A DNA stretch of 29,972 nucleotides from a virus (taxonomy: Duplodnaviria; Caudoviricetes). The stretch spans positions 1-29,972 of IMG/VR virus record IMGVR_UViG_3300031519_000147, one strand, 5' to 3'. Shown one piece after another: positions 1 to 9,119 of this stretch. The translations under genes and the position numbers were made by a program. The notes beneath the pieces are model-generated. The model was not told where the DNA came from. It worked only from the letters and a program-made list of their open reading frames with translations, and made no database searches. How positions within the stretch are numbered: position 1 is the stretch's first letter; the number at the start of each line of letters is the position of its first letter.

Positions 1-412
1 TGATAATATACTTGTCATCTACATATCTAACAAAATGATGTTGGTCTAAGTAATCTATTCCTTGCTGTCTTTTATAATCTAACTCAAACAAAAACTCCAA
101 CCCAGATACTTTACCTATATTAGCACCATCAGACCAAGAGTTTTCAGTACCATCATAAAAGTTTTGAGCTTTGTTTTCATACCCAAATCTAGCTATTTTA
201 CGTATACCTAAAGCTAGGTTGTAATCATAAGGTGTTTCTAGTGTAAACGTTTCTAAGCCATCAGTAACAGAAAACACCTCAACGTCTGATATAGAATTAC
301 CACCATTTACTGAAGCATAAAACGTAGCAAATTTAAAATACTTTTTCAAATTTACTTGAGCATTAACGTTTGTTGCTATACACAATGTAAGTATTAATAA
401 TATTTTTTTCAT
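1..412 (-). CDS. Exported protein with Sec signal peptide, possibly outer-membrane beta-barrel (partial, runs off left edge)
   Basis: Not in the ORF track. Manual translation from ATG at 412 gives MKKILLILTLCIATNVNA|QVNLKKYFKFATFYASVNGGNS..., open to the window edge. It has a basic N-region, a hydrophobic core, a VNA cleavage site with Q at +1, and alternating aromatic/hydrophobic strands. Confidence 0.75.
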   Translation of the reverse strand, partial: MKKILLILTLCIATNVNAQVNLKKYFKFATFYASVNGGNSISDVEVFSVTDGLETFTLETPYDYNLALGIRKIARFGYENKAQNFYDGTENSWSDGANIGKVSGLEFLFELDYKRQQGIDYLDQHHFVRYVDDKYII

Positions 413-424
413 TTTTGTTAATTT

Positions 425-3400
425 TTATTGTATAATTCTTCCTGCTTTTCTTTTATTCTTTTTGATTCTTTTGTTAAGCTTTTTTTCAAAAACAAGCGCT
501 TCGTTTTCAGTACCTAAGTCCCATTTAGCAAATCCACCAAAAGCAAAAATTCTTTGCCACCATTGGTTTTGCTCATCTAAAAACTCTCTAATATTGTCAG
601 TTTTGTTGATAACTCTAGCGGCTGGAGCGTTTGTAGTAGCTTCTACAACATTTGCAGCTGCTAAAATACCTGGGTTATCTAAAGTAAGACCCATAGACAT
701 TATTTCGTCTTTGTTAAACTTCCACATATTACCAGCTGACGCTATTTTTCTAACTTTTGAACCTAGTGGTGGTGAGTAGCTAACTGCTTGGTAAGCAACT
801 TTAGCATAATCAGCATTGTAGTCTTTTTTATTTTGAGCATGTCCTTCCATCGCCATGTTTTTTACAGTAGAAACAAGAGCTCCTGGTATACCTATACCTC
901 TAAGCTGAGAATCAATAACCGTGTTAGAAACTCTCCATAGTCTTTTGTTAAGCTCTTTGTTTGGTTCTTTAATGTCTTTTTCAAGGTCATACTCATCATC
1001 TAAAAGAAAACCAAACATAGCGTTTTGAAGACCAGCAAATAAAAACGATTGAGCAACTCCATAGTAGGCAAGTTTAGACACGTGTTCTTTTTTATCGCCT
1101 CTTTTGTTTAACAAATCTCTAGCCGCTTTTTCTTGCAACCTAGCATACTGCATAGGTGTGTTTGCCCAAGCTAAAACAGTTCTACCCATAGCACCTGCTT
1201 GTTGTTGAGATATTAAATCAGGCCTAGAAGACTGTTGTGCAACTTCGGTTTTTTCTTGAAAATCTAAAAAAGCTTGAGACTCTGCCTTACTTTTACTTAA
1301 ACCTTCTTTTAAATATTTATTAACTTTATTTCTATAAAAACTAGAACCACCAGCTGATATTGCAAAACTATCCATTATTTGCGTAGGTAAAAACCCAAGT
1401 TTAAGTAATCTTGCTAAAACTGCTTTAGATTTTTCTAACATGTTTCCACCAGTAGAAGCTGCTGCTTGAGCAAGCTCTGCTTCTGAAACATTATACTTAA
1501 GACCAGACCTTCTTTGCTTAAGCATTGGAGAGTTCATAATCATTGCAAAATCCTTCCAGTATTGAGGTTGGTTTGCAAAAGCTTTAGCAGCTTTAATAGG
1601 GTTATTATCACTCCAATTTATATAGTTTAAAGTAGAAAGAGATTGTAAAGTTGCAGACTTAGTATTAAAAAACATTGTAGCACCAACAGATCCATTTATA
1701 AAATCCATGTGTTGGTTAACCAACCAGTTACTACCAGAAGGCCTATTGTTTCCAGTTTCCATTCTCCATAAAATATCTTCTAAAGCGTCTCTGAACTTAG
1801 GACCTTGTGTAGCTTCTATTTTATTTATATTAGCACCTTTTAACTTACCACCGCTCCATTTTCCAAAAACCTGCTCTCTGTTACTTATAAAATCCTTCAT
1901 AAACCCTTCTCTATTAACAGTACTAACCATACCGTTTAAGTCACTAATAATAGACTCTGCTATCCAGTTTTGATTAGGTTTTGTGTAGCCTTGTTCTTGC
2001 CTTGTTATTTTTGCTAACTGGTTTGAAAAAGCAAGTAGCTCTACATTTTTATTTACCGCGTTGTTAAGTTCTTTTATATCTCCTTTTGAAAGCTCAGGTA
2101 TTTCAAAACCAGCCTCCGTCCATCTATGTACTCTAACAGCTTGGTCATAAGTCCATGGTGAGTTTGGTAGTGTTTTTGAAAGCTTCTTACTTACATCACG
2201 CATAGACTTAGTTAGTGTAGAGTATTCAGACGTAACAGCTTGTTTTGCTATATTTATTTCATTATAAGCTTTTGAAAATGGCTCGTGAAAATTATCTTCA
2301 AAAAACTTTCTATGAATCTCTCCTTCTTTTCCTTTACCCTCAAAGTTTTGTAGTAAACCTTTAAAATCTTGAGCTCCAGGTACTATAATAGATTTGCTCT
2401 TCTTGCTCTTACCCATAACCTTTGCTTTAGCGCCAGAAAACGTTGCTTCTTTTTTAACTCCAGTTGTTAATTCTACTATCTCGTTAAACCTATCGCTCAT
2501 TGTTGTTATACTTTTCTGCCTAGCAAGCTGAACACTTGATTTAATGTCTAATTGTTCTAAAACATTTTTAACAGCCTTTACGTTAGGCATTGCATCGTCT
2601 ACAAAATACATATCATTATACCCTTCACTAAACTTTTTAAGCATCCACATTGCCTTTGCCTCTCCAGTACTATTACCTAAACCTGTTATGTTTTTTAAAG
2701 GCAACTCAGCCCCTTCGCTTTTTAAAAAATCAAAAATAGCCTTTGCGCTTTCAGGAGCTCTAGCTGTTAGTATGAACACGTTTTCGTTGCCATACTTTTT
2801 TATTTGGTTTTTTAACTTTTGCATTAAAGGACCAGGTCGACCATTTGTTACTTTGTTAAAATCAGTAAAGTCAAACTTCCAACCTTCTTTTGCTAGTTTT
2901 TCACCAACAAAAGGCCAGTTGTCTGCAGATATTTTCTTTTTTAGTTTTCCTTTTTCAGCAAATATAAAATTGTCACTATCACCAGCTGTTTTGTCAAAAT
3001 CAAAAGTACTCATACCTCTTGACACTTTATTGTACACTTTACCTAACTCAAAAGCTTTTTTAGTTATCTTTATGTTTTTTAAGTTTTTAGCGTTAGATGT
3101 TTTTGAATAAGATATACCAACTTGCTTAGCAATGTTAATATTATTATTCAACATTTCATTATATTTTTTAACAGATGTTTTGTTTATAATAAAAGCTTCA
3201 GAAGATCTTTGATTTTCAGGTATTGTTTTTACAATATTTTTTAACTGCTCAATAGTATACTCGCTTGTAACAACCTCAGAGTAAGATTTTCCTTTATACT
3301 TACCTGACATCATTAACTGATTAGAAGCCTCACCTTTTACTGTTAAAACATTCATTATAGCGTTGTCAGCCATGTTACCAGAATACTGCTTACTATAAAC

Positions 3401-6400
3401 AGTGTTTCCTTGAGCATCATTTTTAAGCTGTAATGTTTTTTTAACTAAAGACTGTTGTGATGTTTCTATTAACAAGTCTAGGTCGTTTAAAAAAGCATCT
3501 GTAACCTCAGATTTTCCAGTTTCTTTATTTACTTCAAGCTTGTGTTTTTTAACTAATCTAACAAAATGCTCTGTAGTGTTTAAAAGTTGTCTTTCGTGTT
3601 CCCAGTGATCAAAATCTTTTGTTTCATACTCTTTTCCTTCAAAAGTATATTTACCTGGTTCGCTTCCATATCTTGATATACTTCTTAAGTTGTAAAGCAT
3701 AGATTTTGTAATACCTGTAGAATGGTTTGATTGCATACCTTGATCAACCAGTATATTTTCTAATCCTAATTTACCAGCTTGTTTAGCTGCTATAAACTTA
3801 GCTATGTACAAATCTCTAGCTAAAGCTTTGTTTGCTGTTTCAGTAGCTTCAAAACCCTTGGAAGTTTTGTCTGAAGAAAACTTACTTCTAACATAATCAA
3901 CAAGAGCCATATCTCTTTCAGCTTGGTTTTTATAATCTTTATTTTCTTCTATTTTTGTTCTTTCTTTGTTTATGTCTCTTTTAAGAGTACCGTAGTTTTT
4001 AGGAGAAAAAACAGCGTCGTATCTACCGTCATACTTAGCTTCAGAAGATTTTATTTCTTTTGCACCAAAATATCTAAGAGTAGTTTCAGTCCAGTCTTTA
4101 CCATTTTTATTTAAATACAACTGTTCTCCCCCAACCATTTCTTTTCTACTTTTACTACTCCAACCAAGCTCTCTAGTTAAAGCGTAAACAGCAGCTGGAG
4201 GTAATTGTCTTATGTCAAAAGGTAGGTTGTTTAACACCTTGACATTGTGGCTTGATCTTTGCTCAATCAATGCTGCTGTTTTGTTAACGTTTGCTAAAGA
4301 AGTGCGAGCACTTTCTACGCCTAGACCCTTACTTATTTTAGCTATTGCAGTAGCAGCACTTTTTTCAAAAAGTTTATACTCTACTTCTGTTAATCCTAAA
4401 TCTTCTCTATTAGCTTTGTCTATAGCTCCAACTTTTTCTTCAAGACCTAGTCCTCTAGCTTTTTTGTACTGTTCTTCAACAAACTTTTTAACATTCTTGT
4501 CTACAATTTTACTTATAGTCTCAGCATTAACACCCTCCTTATTTAACATGTTTATGTCTTTAATGCTAGTCCTGCTATACACGCCAGATCCTCTACCAAT
4601 ACTAATATCAGTCTTTAACTTGTTGATGTTTTCATACATCGCTAGCTCAGGCGCAAATTCTGGTATTAGTTTTATTCTTTGTCTTGTTATTTCTTTACCC
4701 CAAGCTCTTACTAATGCTTTTACCGGTTGTCCGTTTTCGTACTTTAAAGCTGTATTACCATCTTTTTTAACACCAAAAACTTCTTTAAACTCTACAGGAT
4801 CTATTACGGGTTTTTTAGTTTGGTATTTAGGACCAGGACCTGTTTTTGCCCTCACAGATCTTTTATTGTAAAAAGGTTCTAAAAGAGCTTTTCCTTGTCC
4901 AGTTGATTTAAAGCCCATACCCTCACCTAAATTTCCTTCAATCAAAGATGTTGAAAGTATACTAGCCATTTTATTTATTACATTGTGCGTAGCTTCTATA
5001 TCTTGTACATTAAGATCTTTGTTTTCTAAAACTTTTCTTGCAAGCTCAGGTGCTATTGGCTTACCTATCATTTTTTTAAGTATACCCTTACCTTCTTTAT
5101 AAACAGCTCCACCCACAAAAAACTCTGCTGTTTTTAAAGGAGAAAGATCAGGTATATTTTTTATAGTTTTTCCTTTTAAATCAATAGTGCCTATGTTTTT
5201 TACAACATCATTACCGTGTTCTATAAGTTTTTCACCTTTTGCTTTGTTAACAATAGAAACCTCTTTAACATAAATCATTTTACCTTGCTCTGCATCTAAA
5301 GCTTTATTAGAGTTTTCGTTAGTCATTTTACTAACTTTCTTAGCAGTAGTCTCGTTTGACATGCTAGATGTTTCTAACTTGCTTTTCATGTTCTCTAATA
5401 TGCCAGAGTATTTTTTAGGTAACAAACCATTCATGTAAGCTCCAAACGGTATTTTTTCTGGCTTTGCTAGTTTATCTCCGTTTTTGTCAACAACTCTTTC
5501 AGCTTTGTAAGTTCTAGCTAAATCAATTAGCTTCATAGAGTAAGAGCTATTCCATTCACTAACGTCATTCATTTTTAAACCTTCTTCTAGTGTAAGGTTA
5601 TTAGCCTGTCCAGCTGCTTTTCTAGCTAGAGCATAAACTCTACCCATATTGTTTTCTATAAGTTTGTTTTGTTGAGCTTTAGAAGCTATAGTGTTTCCTT
5701 GAGAATCTTTCAAACCTTCTTCAAGAATTTGTTTTTGTATTTCTTTATTTTTTTCTACAGTTTTTTCAGTTGTTTTAGACAATCCTAAATCTGCAGCTAT
5801 TTTATCAATTTCAAAAGCATCTGTAGTTTTTGATTTTAAAACACTTTCACCTTCAACAAAACTTCCTTTACCTATTGTTTTAGCTACAAACCCTACATCG
5901 CCTTTTTGTATTGCTTTAATCATGTTAAACAAGCCCTCACCACTATTAACACCCACAGTGTTTAGATTGTTAAAACCATGAGATCTTAAAAGGTTTATAA
6001 ATTGATCACTAATTCTACTACCTAAGCTACTTGTTTGTTTTACCTCGTTGTTTTTTAAAACATCACCAAAAACCGTTAAATACTCTTCGTAGTATTCGTT
6101 GTCTTTTCTTCTTTTTCCATTTTCATCATACCTATATTCTTCTTCAATTCTTTTTTCTACAGCTTCTAACTCTTCTGGTTTAAGCTTTTCTTTAAACTCA
6201 TTTATAAACTTTATTCCTTGTTCAGAAACTCTTTTTCTTACTTTTCCTTTTGCATCAGTATAAGACTCTTTTAAATGGTTCTTTAATATAAGGTGGCCTA
6301 CTTCGTGGATAGGAGTTCCTAGTTGTCTTTTCTTTAAAGCTTCTTCTTTGTTTATTATTATCTTGCCCTTCTTACCATTTTTACCTTCAACAAAAACACC

Positions 6401-9115
6401 ATCACCTTCTCCATAAATCTCTTTAAATTTAGCATCTGGCATTATTTCAAAACCAGAACCAAATCCAGCGGCTATATTTTTAGCTATCATCACCTCTGCT
6501 TGCATTTTTATCTTTAAAGCTTTGTCATAAGATTTTGTGCTTTTTTCAACAGAAAGTCCTACTTTTTCAGCTTCAATTTTTAATTTTTCAACCTCTCTAT
6601 TGTTCATTATGTCAAAAGCGGGGTTTGACTCTTTTGATTTAGATTTTAGTTCTTGAATTTTATTGCCTATTTCAGTTAGTTTAATTAAATCGTTAATTAA
6701 ATTTTTTCTTTCTTCACTATCAACGTCTTTAATTCTAGCATCGTCAACAATGCTTATTATTTCTTTGTAAAAACCTTTTTGATTATCAAGTTGTCTACTT
6801 AAATCAGTACCTTTGGTAGCTCCTAACTTAGCTTTTAGTAAATCAAACTCATGCTCTTTTAAGTTGTTAAAGCTTTCTATTTCCTCGTTGTTTAGTTTTT
6901 TGTTGGCTTCAATTTTATTACCTATAACAAATAATTTTGCTAATTGATCATTGTATTTTCCAGCTTGTACGGCAGCTTTTTTAGCCGCAGTATTTTCATT
7001 AAAAGCCTGTAAGTCTCTAGCATCATTATTTATCTCTTGTACTTTTTTCTTTTTAGCTTTGTTATCTAAATTGCTTTCAACAACTTCTTTAACAGCTTGC
7101 TTTCTAGTTCTACGTATTTCTTCTATACTAGAACCTTCTTTTATATTAAGTCTTTTAGAAGCTCTTCTAGAGCTTATTGTAGATCCCTGCATTGCCAGTA
7201 TATCTACACGCATACCGTTATAAAGCTTTGATAAAGTTGCTTTACCACCAAACATTGTCATACCTATAAATGTTTCACCTAGTTTTTGTTTTGTTAAAAA
7301 CTCTCCCATTTCTTCAGCAGAAGAAAACTCTCCTTCTTCCCAAAGCTTTGTAGCATTGGCATCCATTATTTGTGAAAAAGCCAGTGTAGCTGTACCTATA
7401 GTGGCGCCTGTAGTAGAGTTTGCTAGCGTGCTTATTACTTTTGATTGGCTAGCTAGAGCAAAAGGTTTTGTAAAAATATTTTTCTTTTGCATCAACCTGT
7501 TTAACGCTTTACCAGCGATAAAATTACCAACACCTAAAGAGCCAGCAAAAGTAGGGTCAAAGTCGCCAGTTTTAGGATTATAAACAAAAGGATCTGCGTC
7601 AAAAGCTTTTTTACCAATAACATCAGCTCCACCAAGTACAGCAATCTCTTTAATACCAGCCAAAGAAGCACCTACTACGTTCCTGAAAACCATACTATTA
7701 GAAGATCCAACAATAAATTTTTGAAGCAAGTTTACTCTAGCATTTAAAGCTCTTTCAGCACTTACAGTTTCCATACTAAGAGTCCACGCTTTTTTACCTT
7801 TTTTTACGTTTTGTATTAAACCTACTGGTATTTTTTTAAAAGCAGCGACTGAAAGTGCTAGTGGAGCTAAATGTACTGCAATATCTCTACCTCCTTCCAT
7901 AAGGTTTGCAAACGAACCATTAATCTGCTTTCTTGTCATTTGGTCTCCCGCAGGCTTAAAACCAGCTGATTCAATTAGTCCATCAAAAGCCTGTGAAAGC
8001 TTGTCAAGATTATTTTGACGAAAACCGTTAAAAGCCTCTAAAATAAAATTTTCTTGTGGAGCTACACCCATGTCAACATTAGCTTCATAAGCTATGTTTA
8101 GAGTTTTAAAATTAGTTAAAGCTTCATTAAACTGCCTAGCTATTGGACTTTTTCCTGGTATTTCAGATATACCAGCTGGCAACTTACCTGTTTTTAAAAA
8201 TAGTTCAATAAACTTTTTAGTGTCACCATAACCACCTAGCCCAGTTGAATTCATTATACCTCTACCTGTTGTAAAGTGATCTTCTGGGTTAATGTCTACA
8301 GAGAAATCTACAACACCAACATCTTGACCATAACCAGGGTTTGTCGCCTTTATAAAATTCATAGCCGCAGATTTGAATTCAAAAAAGCTTTGATTTCTCA
8401 TGTCTTCTATAACATCTTTATCTGTGGTTTGTATTAAGTTTTCAACATTTTCAGCTACTAAAGTTGGAACGTATCTTAAAAATTTACCGTTAGTGTCAGT
8501 TAAAGATTGGTAATTGTATTTTTTCAACAACCCTTGTCTTTCTTCTTCGCTTGAAGCATTTTTTATGTCTAACTGCTCAAAATCCATGTACGCGTCGCCA
8601 TATCCACCAATTTCACTACTAACGTTGTCTTCTAATCCACCGTTTTTTGATAAGTAAAATTTTTTATGTTCTTTAGATTTAATTTTTATATCTGCGCGTC
8701 TAGCATCTTCAATGTCTTCAGATTGTTTGTAAAAACCTTCTCTTACATGACCATATTGATCTTCAACTCCATCTCCATAGTGTGGGCTGTTAGATATTGT
8801 GCCCATCATACCACTAGGCTCGTAGTAAAGCTGTTTAAAAGGTATGTTTTCAGCGTCTAATTCTGCTTGAGATTTCTTTAAAGGATTTCGTATTTCACTT
8901 TGCTCAGCAGCTTCTTTTTCAACTTCACCACTAAGATCATTTAATATTTTAATGTTTGAGTCAATACCTCTTTTTGTAGAGTCAGATGTTGAAGATAAAA
9001 GATCAAAAAAGCTGTTTTCATCTTCACTGTTTGTCAATTCTTTATCCACCTCTTCTTTTACCTTTAAAGTTGGCTGTCCTAAGTATTTAAAAGGATCTTC
9101 TATTATTTCTGTCAT
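425..9115 (-). CDS. Giant (2896 aa) multidomain probable internal virion/ejection protein with zincin HExxH, sigma-region-2-like and HAD-like segments
   Basis: Long ORF that is the last of three non-tail genes after the tail block. Motifs: HEVGH...EEY (~aa 937), LIENNMGRVYALARK...IPFGAYM (~aa 1150-1240) and DFDKT/ILTAR/K/FVDD (~aa 2039-2175). The helical C-terminus resembles large podoviral internal proteins. Confidence 0.7.
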   Translation of the reverse strand: MTEIIEDPFKYLGQPTLKVKEEVDKELTNSEDENSFFDLLSSTSDSTKRGIDSNIKILNDLSGEVEKEAAEQSEIRNPLKKSQAELDAENIPFKQLYYEPSGMMGTISNSPHYGDGVEDQYGHVREGFYKQSEDIEDARRADIKIKSKEHKKFYLSKNGGLEDNVSSEIGGYGDAYMDFEQLDIKNASSEEERQGLLKKYNYQSLTDTNGKFLRYVPTLVAENVENLIQTTDKDVIEDMRNQSFFEFKSAAMNFIKATNPGYGQDVGVVDFSVDINPEDHFTTGRGIMNSTGLGGYGDTKKFIELFLKTGKLPAGISEIPGKSPIARQFNEALTNFKTLNIAYEANVDMGVAPQENFILEAFNGFRQNNLDKLSQAFDGLIESAGFKPAGDQMTRKQINGSFANLMEGGRDIAVHLAPLALSVAAFKKIPVGLIQNVKKGKKAWTLSMETVSAERALNARVNLLQKFIVGSSNSMVFRNVVGASLAGIKEIAVLGGADVIGKKAFDADPFVYNPKTGDFDPTFAGSLGVGNFIAGKALNRLMQKKNIFTKPFALASQSKVISTLANSTTGATIGTATLAFSQIMDANATKLWEEGEFSSAEEMGEFLTKQKLGETFIGMTMFGGKATLSKLYNGMRVDILAMQGSTISSRRASKRLNIKEGSSIEEIRRTRKQAVKEVVESNLDNKAKKKKVQEINNDARDLQAFNENTAAKKAAVQAGKYNDQLAKLFVIGNKIEANKKLNNEEIESFNNLKEHEFDLLKAKLGATKGTDLSRQLDNQKGFYKEIISIVDDARIKDVDSEERKNLINDLIKLTEIGNKIQELKSKSKESNPAFDIMNNREVEKLKIEAEKVGLSVEKSTKSYDKALKIKMQAEVMIAKNIAAGFGSGFEIMPDAKFKEIYGEGDGVFVEGKNGKKGKIIINKEEALKKRQLGTPIHEVGHLILKNHLKESYTDAKGKVRKRVSEQGIKFINEFKEKLKPEELEAVEKRIEEEYRYDENGKRRKDNEYYEEYLTVFGDVLKNNEVKQTSSLGSRISDQFINLLRSHGFNNLNTVGVNSGEGLFNMIKAIQKGDVGFVAKTIGKGSFVEGESVLKSKTTDAFEIDKIAADLGLSKTTEKTVEKNKEIQKQILEEGLKDSQGNTIASKAQQNKLIENNMGRVYALARKAAGQANNLTLEEGLKMNDVSEWNSSYSMKLIDLARTYKAERVVDKNGDKLAKPEKIPFGAYMNGLLPKKYSGILENMKSKLETSSMSNETTAKKVSKMTNENSNKALDAEQGKMIYVKEVSIVNKAKGEKLIEHGNDVVKNIGTIDLKGKTIKNIPDLSPLKTAEFFVGGAVYKEGKGILKKMIGKPIAPELARKVLENKDLNVQDIEATHNVINKMASILSTSLIEGNLGEGMGFKSTGQGKALLEPFYNKRSVRAKTGPGPKYQTKKPVIDPVEFKEVFGVKKDGNTALKYENGQPVKALVRAWGKEITRQRIKLIPEFAPELAMYENINKLKTDISIGRGSGVYSRTSIKDINMLNKEGVNAETISKIVDKNVKKFVEEQYKKARGLGLEEKVGAIDKANREDLGLTEVEYKLFEKSAATAIAKISKGLGVESARTSLANVNKTAALIEQRSSHNVKVLNNLPFDIRQLPPAAVYALTRELGWSSKSRKEMVGGEQLYLNKNGKDWTETTLRYFGAKEIKSSEAKYDGRYDAVFSPKNYGTLKRDINKERTKIEENKDYKNQAERDMALVDYVRSKFSSDKTSKGFEATETANKALARDLYIAKFIAAKQAGKLGLENILVDQGMQSNHSTGITKSMLYNLRSISRYGSEPGKYTFEGKEYETKDFDHWEHERQLLNTTEHFVRLVKKHKLEVNKETGKSEVTDAFLNDLDLLIETSQQSLVKKTLQLKNDAQGNTVYSKQYSGNMADNAIMNVLTVKGEASNQLMMSGKYKGKSYSEVVTSEYTIEQLKNIVKTIPENQRSSEAFIINKTSVKKYNEMLNNNINIAKQVGISYSKTSNAKNLKNIKITKKAFELGKVYNKVSRGMSTFDFDKTAGDSDNFIFAEKGKLKKKISADNWPFVGEKLAKEGWKFDFTDFNKVTNGRPGPLMQKLKNQIKKYGNENVFILTARAPESAKAIFDFLKSEGAELPLKNITGLGNSTGEAKAMWMLKKFSEGYNDMYFVDDAMPNVKAVKNVLEQLDIKSSVQLARQKSITTMSDRFNEIVELTTGVKKEATFSGAKAKVMGKSKKSKSIIVPGAQDFKGLLQNFEGKGKEGEIHRKFFEDNFHEPFSKAYNEINIAKQAVTSEYSTLTKSMRDVSKKLSKTLPNSPWTYDQAVRVHRWTEAGFEIPELSKGDIKELNNAVNKNVELLAFSNQLAKITRQEQGYTKPNQNWIAESIISDLNGMVSTVNREGFMKDFISNREQVFGKWSGGKLKGANINKIEATQGPKFRDALEDILWRMETGNNRPSGSNWLVNQHMDFINGSVGATMFFNTKSATLQSLSTLNYINWSDNNPIKAAKAFANQPQYWKDFAMIMNSPMLKQRRSGLKYNVSEAELAQAAASTGGNMLEKSKAVLARLLKLGFLPTQIMDSFAISAGGSSFYRNKVNKYLKEGLSKSKAESQAFLDFQEKTEVAQQSSRPDLISQQQAGAMGRTVLAWANTPMQYARLQEKAARDLLNKRGDKKEHVSKLAYYGVAQSFLFAGLQNAMFGFLLDDEYDLEKDIKEPNKELNKRLWRVSNTVIDSQLRGIGIPGALVSTVKNMAMEGHAQNKKDYNADYAKVAYQAVSYSPPLGSKVRKIASAGNMWKFNKDEIMSMGLTLDNPGILAAANVVEATTNAPAARVINKTDNIREFLDEQNQWWQRIFAFGGFAKWDLGTENEALVFEKKLNKRIKKNKRKAGRIIQ

Positions 9116-9119
9116 ATAG

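Noticed and set aside
2975-3005. DFDKTAGDSD as an RNA-polymerase DxDxD/DFDxD catalytic loop
   Set aside because: The fifth position is Thr (DxDxT), and downstream ILTAR and FVDD motifs complete a HAD signature instead.
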